DNA of 64,000 bases from Mobula hypostoma (lineage: Eukaryota), in assembly GCF_963921235.1 (NCBI RefSeq), contig NC_086108.1, forward strand, positions 19,964,001-20,028,000. The letters are read 5' to 3'. The position numbers and the translations under genes are program-made. This document shows positions 1 through 14,490 of this stretch, in pieces. The first letter of the stretch is position 1, and each line of letters begins with the position of its first letter. The notes under the pieces are model-generated. The model saw nothing but the letters and a program-made list of their open reading frames with translations. It searched no databases and had not been told where the DNA came from.

Positions 1-189
1 TCATCTGGCTCTCAGCAGATTGAGGATCTCTTGGTTTATCCAGGGCTTCTAAATGATTTTGAGGGACATACCCATCCATGACTGACTTTATAAACTCTGT
101 GACTACCATGGTGTATTCATTCAGATCCTCTTGAGTCCATTAATTTGAAGCAATCCCGAAGCCACTCCTCTGCCTCCTGCAACCACTTC

Positions 190-570
190 TTCATTGTTGT
201 TGGTAAGGGCAGAGAAGTCAATGTGATTTATATATGGATTTTAGTAAGGCCTTTGACTGGGTCCTCCATGTGAGGCTGTTCAGGAGGTTAGAACTTGTGG
301 AATGCAGGGCAAGGTAATAAACTGGTTCCAAAACTGGCTTAACAATAGAATACAGAGGGGGGGAGGTAGAAGTTTTTATCTCTACAATTAGATGCCATTA
401 ACTACTGGTGTCTCACAAGTATCTGCTGGGACCCTCGCAGTTTGTATGAAGGATTTGGATGCGGATGTAGAAGACACAGTAAGTAATGAATGATACAAAG
501 TTTAGTGGAGTTGTTGGTGTGTAAAGTAGTTTTGGGTTGCACAGAGATACTTATGTGTTGGTGAAATGAT
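190..570 (+). mobile_element. Decayed CR1 RT fragment
   Basis: Degenerate VIYMDFSKAFD and GVxQxSxLGP coding remnants. Confidence 0.6.
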
Positions 571-627
571 CAACCACAGCATTTTCCTTATGTATGAACA
601 CAAATAAACAAAAAATGCCCTTTCGTA

Positions 628-1902
628 CAGTTGCACGAAAAAGTTTGTGACCCATTTGCAATTACCTAGTTTTTTGCATTAATTACTCATAAAATATGAT
701 CTGGTCTTTATCTGAGTCGTAATAATGGACAAACAGAATCTGTCTAAAGCAATAACACACGAACAATTGTACTTCTTGTCAGTACCAAGAACAGTGTAGG
801 TTAAAACTGAAAAAATGTTACAAAAGCATTTCTAAAGACCTGGGTGTTCATCAGTCCATAGTAAGAGAAATTGTCTACAAATGGAGGAAATTCTGTACTG
901 TTGCTGCTCTCCCTAGGAGTGGGTGTCCTGTAACAGCAAAAGACCTGCAGAAATCTCCAGAACTTGCTAAAGTGTCTGTTCATATGTCCCGTATAAGAAA
1001 AACACTGAACAAGAATGGTGAACAAATAAGGACACAACAGAGGAAACCACGCTCTCCAAAAAAAAAATCCATTGCTGCACATCTCAAGTTTGCAAAAGAC
1101 CACCTGGATGTTCCATAATGCTTCTGGGACAATGTTCTGTGGACAGATGAGACAAAAGTTGAGCTTTTCGTCCAAAATATACACCACTATATTTGGAGGA
1201 AAAAGAGCACTGCACACTAACACCAAAACCTCATCCCAACTGTGAAGCATGGTGGAAGGAGCATCATGGTTTGGGGCTGCTTTGCTGCCTCAGGGTCTGC
1301 AATCATTGAAGGAACAATGAATTCAAAATTGTATCGAGACAGGAGAATGTCAGGTTAGCAGATTGTCACCTGAAGATTAATAGAAGTTGGATGATGCAAC
1401 AAGATAATAATCCGAAACACAAGAGTAAATCAAAAACAGAATGGTTTAAAAAGAAGATTGTTCTTATTTTGTAATGGCCAAGTTAGAGTCCAGACCTGAA
1501 TCCAATTGAGATGCATGCATGACCTGAAGTGGCCTGTTCATGCAAGGTATCCCAGAAATATTGATGAACTGAAACAGTTTTGGATGGAGGAATGGTCTAA
1601 AATTTCTCCTGAACTCTGTGCAAGTCTGATCAGCAGCTACAGGAAATGTTTGGTCGAGATTATTGCTGCTAAAGGAGGTTCTATCAGATATTAAGTACAA
1701 GGGTTTACGTACTCTTTCCAGCCTGGACTGTGAATGATTATATAATGTATTCAATAAAGCCATGAAAAGTACAATTGTTTGTGTTTTATTAGTTTAGGCA
1801 AATTGTGTTTGCCTATTATTGTGACGGAGATGAAGGTCAGACCACATTTTATGAGTAATTAATGCAGAAAACTGGGTAATTGCAAACTTTTTCTTGCATC
1901 TG
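628..1902 (+). mobile_element. Tc1-family DNA transposon, decayed and internally deleted
   Basis: TA-flanked TIRs (cagttgcacgaaaaagttt...tttttcttgcatctg). Transposase remnants WTDETK, TVKHGG, QQDNNPKH. Confidence 0.9.
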
Positions 1903-2351
1903 TATGTCTTTTACATAGAAAAGTTTTATGAAATTACTTAATATCTTTGGAAATTTTTGCAAGTTTATGCATTAAGAGTTTTATTCCAGATGCATAAATA
2001 CCAAGTAAATGAGTGTTTACTGCAGATAATTGAGTGAGTTTATGAAAAATTGGCAAATATAGTTCAAAATAGGGAAATTGGGGTTATGCACTTCAGGAAA
2101 AGGAATCAAACAGCGAACTGTGATCCAAATGGAGAAAAATTTGTCATCAGTGCAATGCAAAAGGATCTGGATGGTAATAGGTGTGAATCATAAATAGTTA
2201 GCAAATGGCATATTGGTCCTTCATTTCAGGGACCGAAGCTGTGAAATAGGGAAATTTATTAAAAACTTTCAGGGTATTGCCGAGGCCACATTTAAAGTAT
2301 TGTGCACATATTTTTGTCCCCCTTTTTCATTAGTTGGTTTTATTAGTTGGT

Positions 2352-2710
2352 TAAGACAAAGGAGCAGAAGTCGGCCATTTGGCCCATCGAGTCTGCTCCG
2401 CCATTTTATCATGAGCTGATCCATTCTCCCATTTAGTCCCACTCCCCTGCCTTCTCACCATAACCTTTGATGCCCTGGCTACTCAGATACCTATCAATCT
2501 CTGCCTTAAATACACCCAATAACTTGGCCTCCACTGCTGCCCATGGCAACAAATTCCGTAGATTCACCACTCTCTGGCTAAAAAAATTTCTTTGCATCAC
2601 TGTTCTGAATGGGCGCCCTTCAATCCTTAAGTCATGCCCTCTTGTACTAGACTCCCCCATCATGGGAAACAACTTTGCCATATCCACTCTGTCCATGCCT
2701 TTCAACATTA
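2352..2710 (-). mobile_element. CR1 3' fragment
   Basis: ORF 2433..2717 (TRGHDLRI, RNFFSQRVVNL) plus a CR1-type 3' UTR. Confidence 0.85.
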
Positions 2711-3705
2711 TTGTCACATTATACTGAGGTACAATGAAAAATTAATTTTGCATACCGTTCATACAGATCAATTCATTACAATGGTACATTGACGTAGTAC
2801 AAGTTAAAGCAACAACAATTTGCAGAATATAGCAGTACAGTTATAGAGTGTAGTGCAAGTAGACATGAAGGTGCAAGGTTATAACAAGGTAGATTGTGAG
2901 GTCAAGAGTCCATCATACCACACTGGGGAACTATTCAATAGTCTTCTCACTGAGGGATAGAAGCTGTCCTTGATGGTCTCTTGGGCTTTTGTATCTGCTC
3001 CCTAATGGGACCAGGGGAGAAGGAGGATGTCTGAAGTGGTTGGGGGGCCCTTGATTATGTTGAATGTTTTACCGAGGCAATAAGGTATAGACAGGGTCCT
3101 TGGAAGGGAAGTTGTTTGTGATGTACTGAGCTGTGAACACGACTTTGCAGTTTCTTGTGGTCACAGGCAGAGCAGGTGCCATGCAAAGCTGTGATTCTTC
3201 TGAATAGTACGCTTTCTATAGTGTATAACCAGTGTTAAGAAAATCATAGCAGAAGTATTGCTGCTTTTATTACTGATTGTGGTCTGTTGGTCAGGAAGTC
3301 AAGGATCCTGTTGCAAAGGGAGAAGGTTGTCAATAAAAGGTAGTCTAGTGTAGGTGTCTTTGCTGTTCAAATGTGCAAAAGATGAGTGTAGAGCCAGGGA
3401 GAGAGCATCCTTTTCAGCAGGAGACAAATTGCAGAGGATTAAGGTCGTCTGGGAGGCTGGAGTACTATGGTTGGCCTCTTGAAGTATCCTTGATTATGGA
3501 TGTGGATTTATTGGTCTGTAGTCATTAAGGCACATTACCTTGTTTTTTTTGGCTTAAATACAGTACTAGGATAATAGTAGTCTTTTTAAAGTAGGTTGAA
3601 CCTCAGATTGAAGCAGGGGTTGGTTAAAAATGTCTGCAAATGATCCACCCAGCTGATTTGCACAGGATCTAATGACATGGTCAGTCTCACCATTTGGGCC
3701 AGTTA
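2711..3705 (-). mobile_element. Decayed Rex1/Babar-like LINE fragment
   Basis: ORF 3566..3793 contains RSCANQLGGSFADIFN, a typical Rex1/Babar RT-upstream motif. Confidence 0.55.
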
Positions 3706-4025
3706 CTTTTTCATTAAGGATATAATAGTATTGTAGGAAGTCTAAAAGAGATTCACAAAACTGATTCCTGGAATGAGAGGGATGTCGTATCAAAAGCAGT
3801 TGAAAATATTTGGATCTGTATTTTCGGTATTTAGAAAGAATGGTAGGAGTGATCTGATGGTAATGTACAAGTTTCTAAGGGGGCATGACAAAGTAGATGT
3901 TAAGATGTGTTCACCACTGGGAGAATTTTGAACAAAGGGATAAGAGGACGGTCCTTTAAAACTGATGATGCAGAGGGCAATGAATCTGGCTATTTAAAGA
4001 GTTGGTAGATAATTTCTTTGAACTA

Positions 4026-4844
4026 CAGATTGGATATGCCTTATCTGAAATGCTTGGAGCTGGAAGTGTTTCAGACTTCAGAATATGTAATGAGTAGTTT
4101 GGGACTCTAATCATTTCTGACTCTGAATCTACCATTAATATAATGAACATATAATGTGTGGGGGTAACAAAAGCAGCTCAGCAGCATCAGGAGAGTATCT
4201 GAATCAGCTGTTGAACAATATCAAACAATGGCAGGCTTTCAGACTCCAACTACGATGCCATGTTTTGATTGAAAGGTTACTGTGTACTGTATTTGAATTT
4301 TACATTCCTTTGTTTTTATATGAAATATAAAAATCAGCATTGTAGACTTCTGATGTTAGATTTTCATCAGGGACGACTTTCATAAACTCATCGATGAATT
4401 TCTCTGCTACTTCATGATCAGCAGATGGTTTATCTCTCTAATATTTTTAAAATCTCTAAACGTTTGATGCTGTGCCTTTTCTTAAATTTCTGCAGCCAGT
4501 CTGCTGAATATTCACAAATTACCTTCAATTTTCAGTTCATTGTGATAGATCTTTGCTTATTTCATGATCACCATGCCATTAAACAGTACATGTTCACTCT
4601 GACATTGGTGAATTCATTCTTTCAATACATGATCCAGATCTTTTGTTTTTCTATTTTTCATTCATTTCTGGTCATTATATATGTGAGGTCAGTTCACAGA
4701 CCTGTCTGTTATGCACAGAGACCTGAGAATCGTCCCAGCACCTTGTGGAATTTTCCATTTGTGATATCATGTCAGCGCTCAAAAAAAATTCACATTTCAG
4801 AGGTTTTCAGATTTTGGAATTTTGGATAAGGGGTGCTCAACCTA
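4026..4844. mobile_element. Tigger/pogo-like non-autonomous DNA transposon inserted in a CR1 3' fragment
   Basis: TA-flanked imperfect TIRs (cagattggatatgccttatc...gataaggggtgctcaacct). CR1 sequence continues on both sides (about 3710-4025 and 4846-5150). Confidence 0.7.
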
Positions 4845-5790
4845 TATCAGGGAATTCAGGACTATGGGGAATTAGCACAAAGGAGAGGTTAAGGCCTTGG
4901 GTTGAATATCCATGATCATGTTGACTGTTTGGGCAAGCTTGAGAATAGCTTGCTCTTTCTCCAATTCACTTGTAATCTTGCGTTGCCTGGCCTTAAATGC
5001 AAATGAAGTGTTATTAAGAGTTAAAGGTTATGGGGAAAAGGCAGGTAGGTGGAGATAAGTCCATTGCCAGATCAGCTATGATCTTATTGAATGGCGGAGC
5101 AGGGTCAGCAGACCAGATAGCCTACTCCTCCTATTTCTTATGTTCTTAAGTGAAGGCTATCAGATGCTGTTATCAATACTTTTAATCTAGCTAACTTCTT
5201 CTAAAAAGCGAACATTTTTTAAACCATGAATTCCAAAACTGAGCACTAATCTGATTAAGAGTGGAGCAAATAACTTGCTTCCAAATCTGCAACAAACCAG
5301 AAATTCTTTGATAATTACTCTCTGGACACCTGAAAATGGAAAATGGAATAAATACTTTTTTTTTGTTTTTAAAATGTAACACTGATGCATTTCTGCAATC
5401 TTAACATTGCTAACTCAGTCATAATGTACAATTGACTCTCTTTTATGTTCAAAACCTCTATGATTGCAGACTGAAGTAGGAATTGATCTGGTAAAAGATC
5501 AGAATTTGCATGCATCAGCATCAATACACCTTCTGTTTGTCCTTGATTTTTGTTTGTTGTAATGATTATCTTGCTCCATGAATCGCACTAAGAAATAAAT
5601 TAGACGTTTTGTATAATATGATTTGGTTGCTCTAAATTCAATTTGTCATTTAGACATGTAATTCTGACTGCTTTCAAAAACTTATGCTGATTTAGTTCCT
5701 TTTTTTAAAAAAAAGTCAGTTGGAAATTAGCTGAGTTGTTTGACATATTTGAGAACATGAAATAGAAATAACTGTCGATTCTAGCACCCC

Positions 5791-7160
5791 TTAAGACCAT
5801 AAGATATAGGAGCGGAATTAGGTCATTCAGCCCATTGAGCCTGCTCGGACATTCCATCATGGCTGATCCCTGATCCCTGATCCCTGATCCCAGATCCCAC
5901 TCAATCCCATACACTTGCCTTATCATCATATCTTTGATGCCCTGACCAATCAGGAGACAATAAACTTTCGCCTTAAATATACCAATAGTCGTGGCCTCCA
6001 ATGCAGTCTGTGAGAGGGTATTCCACAGATTCACAACTCACTAGCTTAAAAAAATTCCTCCTTACCTCCATTCTAAAAGGACGCCCCTTAATTTTGAGGC
6101 TGTGCCCTCTAGTTGTGGATACCCTTACCATGGAAAACATCCTCTCCACATCCACCCTATCTAATCCTTTCAACATTCGATAGGTTTCAATGAGATCCTC
6201 TCACATTCTTCTAAATTCCAGTGAGGCCCAAAGCTGCCAAACACTCCTCATGTGTTAATCCTTTCATTCCCAGAATCATCCTCATGAACCTCCTCTGGAC
6301 TCTTCCTAATGACAACACATTCTTTCTGAGATAAGGGGCCCAGAACTGTTGACAATGTTCCAACTGCAGCCTGACTATTGTCTTATAAAGGCTCAGCATT
6401 ATCTCCTTCCTTTTATATTCTATTCCCTTTTGAAATAAATGCCAACATTGCATTTTCCTTCTTTACCACAAACTCGACCTGTAAATTAACCTTCTGGGTG
6501 TCTTGCAGAAGGACTTCCAAGTCCCTCTGCACCTCTGATGTTTGAACCTTCTCCCCATTTATATAATAGTACGCACTATTGTTCCTTTTACCAAAATGCA
6601 TTATCGTACATTTCCCAACACTATTGTATCTGCCACTTTTTTACCCAATCTTCCAATTTGTCTAAGTCCTGCTGCAATCACATTTCTTCTTCAGCACTAT
6701 CTACCCCTCCACCTGTCTTCATTATCATCTGCAAATTTAGCCACAAAGCCATCAATTCCATTATCCAAATTATTGGCAAACAATGTGAAAAGTAGCGGTC
6801 CCAATACTGACCTCTGAGGAACACTACTAGTCACTGACAGCCAACCAGAAAAGGCCCCTTTTATTCCCACTCGCTGCCTCCTACCTCTATCTATGCCAAT
6901 ATCTATCCTGTAATGCCATAGAACTTAATCTTGTTAAGCAGCCTCATGCGTGGCACCTTATCAAATGCCTTTTGAAAATCCAAGCAAATGACATCTACTG
7001 TCTCTCCTTTGTCCACCCGCCTTGTTACTTCCTCGAAGACCTCTTAACAGATTTGTCAGGCAAGATTTCCCTTTACTGTAACCATGCTGACTTTGACTTA
7101 TTTTACCATTAGTGTCCAAGTACCCCACAACCTCATCCTTAATAATAGACTCCAACACTG
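5791..7160 (-). mobile_element. 5'-truncated CR1 LINE, frameshifted
   Basis: RT fragments in ORFs 6961-7263, 6413-6601, 6211-6453 and 5973-6176; tcttatggtctt 3' tail. Confidence 0.9.
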
Positions 7161-8892
7161 GATTGCCATTTAGTAAACTCGTGGCTGAAGATGCACATCT
7201 CTCAATTTCCTTGCATATGAATCTTCCCAACCACAGGGTCTTGATTATGCTCTGACTATGCATCTAATATCCTCTTGATTAGAGAATTTGCAACACTCCT
7301 AGCTTTAATTGGCTGACCTTGTTTCGTGAAACTATTGCCACTGGTTTTGGACTTCACAACTAGGTGAAACAGCCTGTTGGCATACTTGGACCTTATCTTT
7401 GCCAGGCCTTGAGTGATAGAGACTTTGTTGCCAATATCAAACTTTTTTTTTCCTGAGTGTGTAGTTTAATCATGACATTGAGAGATTCAAACAGATTTGC
7501 TTATTCCTTAGGTGGGGCATGTCTTATGTGGTTGCTCTGTAAGTAGTGACCAGTGGAACTAAAATGAAAGACCAAAATTCCACTGCAGTTTAACTGTGTT
7601 GACATACGCACAAAGCCATGTTTTATGCAAAGTTTTCACTTTTATTGAGACCTCAATTGGAGTTCATGGTCGGGGTTGTTTTGATCATTTAAAATACCTG
7701 GTAGATGAACCCATACTGTAATTCCTGAATTTGACCTGAACATATTCATGCTATGTTAAACCTAGGCCCTTTCACTGGGTATTCACCTTTGTCCCTCATG
7801 ACTTAACATAGTATCTCTGAGGTTGAGATTCAAATTCAAATTATTCCTTTAATTCTACAATTTTCCTTTTATGTTTCAAGGAAAAAATCCCCCACTTTCC
7901 CAACCTCTCCTTATAACTTAAGTCTTCAATTCTTGACAACATTCTTGTAAATCTTTTTTGCACTGTTTCCAACTATTGATATTTTTCCTGTACTAGAGTA
8001 ATAAAAACTGTATATAATACTATATATAAAAACTGTATATAAACTGGAGAAGTGTAGCCTCTCCAACATTCATATAGCTGCAAAATAACCACCCAACTCC
8101 TATACTTAGTAGCCTAATATGCCACAGACTATCTTCACGTTCCTGTATCCCTGTGACCCAGAGACAACCTTCACCACGCTTTTTACCTGTCGCAATCTTG
8201 TTGGTATGATTGCTTCTTATGCCTGTAGGCACTGAGTTAGTCCATTGCCAAGTAAAGGTCTTTATTCTTCTTGATGTTCCACCATTAAGACACAAAGATG
8301 TTTAAATGGGGCAAGTTGTAGAGTTATCAACATTCTGACAGGCTGACAAATAGGTTCTACCTACTTAATCATGTGATTCCTCATGATGCCCTGAGATTTA
8401 TGAGGATTTGTAAATTTTTATGAATAAAGTTGCAAAACCACACTCTAACTGTATTCGGATTTGAAACATTCTGGCAACAGACATCTCAATATTTCTGCTA
8501 TCACAGAATGAACAAGTCAATTTTCACATTTTTGCCACAGTCCTCTTGAAATGACACTTTCCTGTTACATTAATCTTCCTTCATGTAATGCACTTCTTCA
8601 AAATAACTGGGACCTGAAATTGTATATCTGGAAGTTCATTTTAGCTGTAACTTTGTATTTAGTTAGAAAATTTAAAGGTAGTTGGTCTTGCGTGGATGAG
8701 TCACCTCCATGGCCTATGTTTTTCAACATGAGATCCCTCTGTTCTGATTTGTAAATAAATTGGAAAGTTACAATCTGGAAGAAAAATTAGCATATTTGTC
8801 TCAACACCCATTTAAACAAGGATTAAAATTTTCCCCCAATGAGATACAATGAAGTGCAATCATTTCTTTTCAATTAATTTTCCTCACTCCAG

Positions 8893-8987
8893 GTATTACA
8901 ACATGTTCGCCTGCCATTGCTCAGCCCTAAGTTTCTTGTGGGAACTGTTGGATCTGACCCCCTCATAAAGAGTGATGAAGAATGCAG
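8893..8987 (+). CDS. KLHL20: KLHL20 coding exon (end of BACK domain), [31 protein letters not shown]
   Basis: Manual translation matches recalled vertebrate KLHL20. cag| acceptor, |gtatg donor, 95 nt; phase is compatible with the next exon. Confidence 0.96.
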
Positions 8988-9620
8988 GTATGATTTCTCT
9001 GTTTTGCGTGCATGTAACCATTAACATTATAAATCACGTTACCACAATTAATGTATACTTTGTGAACAGTTACAGACTTACTTGGATATACAGTTTCTTA
9101 GCCCTCAGTTTAACAATTTGTTTCAATTTTTCGTTCTGAATTCACAAGTTGCCGAACATTTGATCAAAGGTTTAAGTTGTTGTTTTAATAAAAACCTATA
9201 GTAGAAAACATGAATGTGAGCATCACATGGCCATGTTTCCTTTGGGAGTTGTACTATAAAGGACAGAAACATTTAAACAGGTGGAGGGGAGGTGGTGTCA
9301 GGCCTCAGTCACATACCTGATAATTATAACTTTGAAATAGAATAGACATTCTGGTTGAGGAATCTTTGAGTCACTGGAAGTATACTGATCTGCTGCCTTA
9401 ACAAATGAAATGGTGCTTTCACTTGATAAATAATAGGCTTGCATACGAGTTCACATTCCAACTCAGCTGTTTAAAATATAAGATGTAGAAGAGGAGAAAT
9501 GAAAAGAAGAAACTAAAAGCTGAATATTACAGGCTGCATCTCTCCTGAGTGGCAGCTTGAGAACACATCTCTTGCCTATCTTTGTGCACAATGATGTAGA
9601 AGAATTTTAAGAGTGACTAT

Positions 9621-11561
9621 TTGGCAGATAATGTAACTCGGCTACTCAGTATAATTCATTTGGCACAAAAAAGGGATGAGAAGAGTATAGTAGTAGCTTT
9701 GGATGCAGAAAAAGCATTTGATAGATTAGAATGGGATTTTTTATTTAAAGTACTAGAAAAATATGGGTTAGGAACATCTTTTATAAATTGGATTAAAACT
9801 TTAAATTCTAACCCTAAAGCTAAAGTGGTGACAAACTCTCAAATTTCAACACCATTCCAGTTAAAAAGGTCAACTAGACAAGGTTGTCCACTATCACCTG
9901 CTTTATTTGTATTGGCGATAGAGCCATTAGCAGAACTAATTAGAATTGATCCAGATATTATGGGTTTTAGAGTTAATCAGGAGGAATATAAAATTAATCT
10001 TTTTGCCGATGATGTTTTGATCTATTTAACAAATCCACAATATTCGTTATATAAATTATCTTCTAGATTGGATGAATATGGGAAGGTATCAGGTTACAAA
10101 ATAAATTGGGATAAAAGTGAAATTTTACCTCTTACTAAAGGAGATTATAGTCAATGTCAATTAGTAACCCAATTTAGATGGCCAGTAAATGGTATAAAAT
10201 ATTTAGGTATAAAACTTGATAATGATCTAAAGAATTTATATAAATTTAATTATTTACCACTATTGAAAAAAATTCAAGAAGATCTTGACAAATGGATGAT
10301 ATTACCAATAACATTAGTAGGTAGAGTCAATGTTGTAAAAATGAATATATTTCCTAGATTACAGTATCTGTTTCAAACATTACCAATAGAATTGCCACAG
10401 AAATTTTTTCAAGAGTTAAATAAATGTGTGAGAAAATTTCCTTGGAAAGGTAAAATGTCAAGAATATCATTGGAAAAATTGACGTGTAAATTTGGGTTAG
10501 GAGGGTTACAACTTCCAAACTTTAAAAACTATTATAAAGCAAATCAACTTAGATTTATTGCATCTTTCTTCGATGATCAAAAACCAGCATGGATTAAAAT
10601 AGAACTAGACAAGATGGGAGAAAATAGACCTGAAGATTTTATATATAAATGGGAATCTAAATTGATACGGGAAAAGAAAGAATCTCCTATATTAACACAT
10701 TTGATTGATCTATGGAATAAGATAAATGTTGATAATGAAACACAGAAATCTCTATTAGCAAGGAGACCTTTGTTCCAAAACAGACTTATTCCTTTTACAA
10801 TGGACAATCAACTTTTATATAATTGGTACCAAAAAGGGATTAAATTTATAGGAGATTGTTTTGAACGAGGTATATTGATGTCATTTGAACAATTGAAGGA
10901 TAAATATAAAATATCTAGTAATACTTTCTTTTGTTACTTTCAATTAAGGGCTTACTTAAAAGGTAAGCAGGGTCAAAGAATGTTTTTGCCAAAACCTAAT
11001 GAAATTGAAATTTTAATCCAAAAAGGGAAAATTAAAAAATTTATTTCTTGTATGTATAATTTGATTCAAGAACAGACAATTAAACAAGGAACCCATAAGT
11101 CAAAGCAAAAATGGGAAACAGATCTGAATATTATTATTGATGAAACAAATTGGTCAAGACTTTGTCTTGACAGTATGACAAATACAATAAATGTTCGACT
11201 TAGATTAGTACAATATAATTTTTTACATCAATTATATATTACACCGCAAAAAATAAATAGATTAAATTCAAATTTTTCTGATAAATATTTTCGGTGTAAT
11301 CAAGAAATTGGTACTTTTTTACATTCTACTTGGTCTTGTTTTAAAATTCAACCCTTTTGGATAAATTTAAGAATCTTATTGGAACAAATTACTGCAATTC
11401 AACTTCCACAACTTCCACATAACCCTGTATTATTTTTATTAGGTGATATTGAAGGGATAAAACCGAAACTTAAATTGAATAAATATCAGAAAGAATTTAT
11501 AAAAATTGCATTGGCAGTAGCTAAGAAGACTATAGCAGTTACTTGGAAATCTGATTCGTAA
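9621..11561 (+). pseudogene. L1 ORF2 C-terminal portion (reverse transcriptase and C-terminal domain)
   Basis: Motifs LDAEKAFD, RQGCPLSP, LFADD, SGYKINWDKS, KYLGI, GGLQLP and HxxWSC. Premature TAA at 11559. Confidence 0.92.
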
Positions 11562-14490
11562 TTAAGTATGGATTGTTGGAATAATGAAATGGCTAGTTCT
11601 ATTCCACTTGAAAAAATTACTTATAATTTAAGAGATAAATATGTAACATTTTTGAATATTTGGCGCCCTTATTTACAAAAGATAGGATGGCATATTTAAG
11701 TGCTCCGATAAAGACTTTGGTCACTTGGGGAAAGTAACGAATAATTATACCAAATTCATTTTGAATCCCATGGAGCATGTGGAAACCTTCCAATAACCAG
11801 GCGGTTCTTTTCTTTTTTTTTCTTTTTCTTTCTTTTTAGGTAGGAGATAGTATTAAACAGGAAATTAGAAATGTGTGCAATAAAGGAACAGCAGTTATAA
11901 TGGGTGACTTCAATCTACATGTAGACTGGGTGAACCAAATTAGTAAAGGTGCTGAGGAAGAGGATTTCTTGGAATGTATGCGGGATGGTTTTTTGAACCA
12001 ACATGTCGAGGAACCAACTAGAGAGCAGGCTATTCTGGTCTGGGTTTTGAGCAATGAGGAAGGGTTAATTAGCGATCTTATCGTGAGAGGCCCCTTGGGT
12101 AAGAGTGACCATAATATGGTGGAATTCTTCATTAATATGGAGAGTGACATAGTTAATTCAGAAACAAAGGTTCTGAACTTAAAGAGGGGTAACTTTGAAG
12201 GTATGAGACGTGAATTAGCTAAGATAGACTGGCAAATGACACTTAAAGGATTGACGGTGGATATGCAATGGCAAGCATTTATAGGTTGCATGGATGAACT
12301 ACAACAATTGTTCATCCCAGTTTGGCAAAAGAATAAATCAAGGAAGGTAGTGCACCCGTGGCTGACAAGAGAAATTAGGGATAGTATCAATTCCAAAGAA
12401 GTAGCATACAAATTAGCCAGAGAAAGTGGCTCACCTGAGGACTGGGAGAAATTCAGAGTTCAGCAGAGGAGGACAAAGGGCTTAATTAGGAAGGGGAAAA
12501 AAGATTATGAGAGATAACTGGCAGAGAACATAAAAACGGACTGTAAAAGCTTTTATAGATATGTAAAAAGGAAAAGACTGGTAAAGACAAATGTAGGTCC
12601 CCTGCAGACAGAAACAGGTGAATTGATTATGGGGAGCAAGGACATGGCAGACCAATTGAATAATTACTTTGGTTCTGTCTTCACTAAGGAGGACATAAAT
12701 AATCTTCCAGAAATAGTAAGGGACAGAGGGTCCAGTGAGATGGAGGAACTGAGTGAAATACATGTTAGTAGGGAAGTGGTGTTAGGTAAATTGAAGGGAT
12801 TGAAGGCAGATAAATCCCCAGGGCCAGATGGTCTGCATCCCAGAGTGCTTAAGGAAGTAGCCCAAGAAATAGTGGATGCATTAGTGATAATTTTTCAAAA
12901 CTCGTTAGATTCTGGACTAGTTCCTGAGGATTGGAGGGTGGCTAATGTAACCCCAATTTTTAAAAAAGGAGGGAGAGAGAAACCGGGGAATTATAGACCA
13001 GTTAGCCTAACGTCGGTGGTGGGGAAACTGCTGGAGTCAGTTATCAAGGATGTGATAACAACACATTTGGAAAGCGGAGAAATGATCGGACAAAGTCAGC
13101 ATGGATTTGTGAAAGGAAAATCATGTCTGACGAATCTCATAGAATTTTTTGAGGATGTAACTAGTAGAGTGGATAGGGGAGAACCAGTGGATGTGGTATA
13201 TTTGGATTTTCAAAAGGCTTTTGACAAGATCCCACACAGGAGATTAGTGTGGAAACTTAAAGCACACGGTATTGGGGGTAAGGTATTGGTGTGGGTGGAG
13301 AATTGGTTAGCAGACAGGAAGCAAAGAGTGGGAATAAACGGGACCTTTTCAGAATGGCAGGCAGTGACTAGTGGGGTACCGCAAGGCTCAGTGCTGGGAC
13401 CCCAGTTGTTTACAATATATATTAATGACTTGGATGAGGGAATTAAATGCAGCATCTCCAAGTTTGCGGATGACATGAAGCTTGGCGGCAGTGTTAGCAG
13501 TGAGGAGGATGCTAAGAGGATGCAGGGTGACTTGGATAGGTTGGGTGAGTGGGCAAACTCATGGCAGATGCAATTTAATGTGGATAAATGTGAAGTTATC
13601 CACTTTGGTGGCAAAAATAGGAAAACAGATTATTACCTGAATGGTGGCCGATTAGGAAAAGGGGAGGTGCAACGAGACCTGGGTGTCATTATACACCAGT
13701 CATTGAAAGTGGGCATGCAGGTACAGCAGGCGGTGAAAAAGGCGAATGGTATGCTGGCATTTATAGCGAGAGGATTCGAGTACAGGAGCAGGGAGGTACT
13801 ACTGCAGTTGTACAAGGCCTTGGTGAGACCACACCTGGAGTATTGTGTGCAGTTTTGGTCCCCTAATCTGAGGAAAGACATCTTTGCCATAGAGGGAGTA
13901 CAAAGAAGGTTCACCAGATTGATTCCTGGGATGGCAGGACTTTCATATGAAGAAAGACTGGATGAACTGGGCTTGTACTCGTTGGAATTTAGAAGATTGA
14001 GGGGGGATCTGATTGAAACGTATAAGATCCTAAAGGGATTGGACAGGCTAGATGCAGGAAGATTGTTCCCGATGTTGGGAAGTCCGGAACGAGGGGTCAC
14101 AGTTTGAGGATAGAGGGGAAGCCTTTTAGGACCGAGATTAGGAAAAACTTCTTCACACAGAGAGTGGTGAATCTGTGGAATTCTCTGCCACAGGAAACTG
14201 TTGAGGCCAGTTCATTGGCTAAGTTTAAGAGGGAGTTAGATATGGCCCTTGTGGCTACAGGGGTTAGGGGGTATGGAGGGAAGGCTGGGGCGGGGTTCTG
14301 AGTTGGATGATCAGCCATGATCATAATAAATGGCGGTGCAGGCTCGAAGGGCCGAATGGCCTACTCCTGCACCTATTTTCTATGTTTCTATGACTATATA
14401 TGGGGGGGGGAGGGTTAAGGGGAGGGGGGAGGGTAGATTCTTTTTTTCATATATTCTTTTTGAAAATTCAATAAAAATTATATTAAAAAA
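9622..14490 (+). mobile_element. 5'-truncated L1-clade LINE in a KLHL20 intron (sense), with nested CR1
   Basis: 646-aa RT ORF, G-rich 3' UTR, AATAAA and A-tail. TSD agtgactatt at 9612-9621 and 14491-14500, at a TT/AA target. Confidence 0.93.
11838..14392 (+). mobile_element. Young 5'-truncated CR1 LINE nested in the L1 3' UTR
   Basis: ORFs 11873-12517 and 12623-14107 are in the same frame, separated by one stop; one frameshift near 14082. RT motifs GVPQGSVLGP and FADD; (ttctatgt)n tail. Confidence 0.95.

Noticed and set aside
4425..4829. 134-aa ORF as a novel gene
   Set aside because: It lies inside a Tigger-like element, has low-complexity AT-rich composition and lacks splice or domain support.
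5863..5898. (gatccct)n short tandem array as a CRISPR-like or functional repeat
   Set aside because: It is a simple 7-bp slippage expansion in a CR1 3' UTR, with no spacers, in eukaryotic context.
13210..14100. Long antisense ORFs over CR1 RT (also 11836-12411, 61800-62495, 63380-63877)
   Set aside because: These are shadow ORFs on the opposite strand of LINE coding sequence, with no recognisable motifs.
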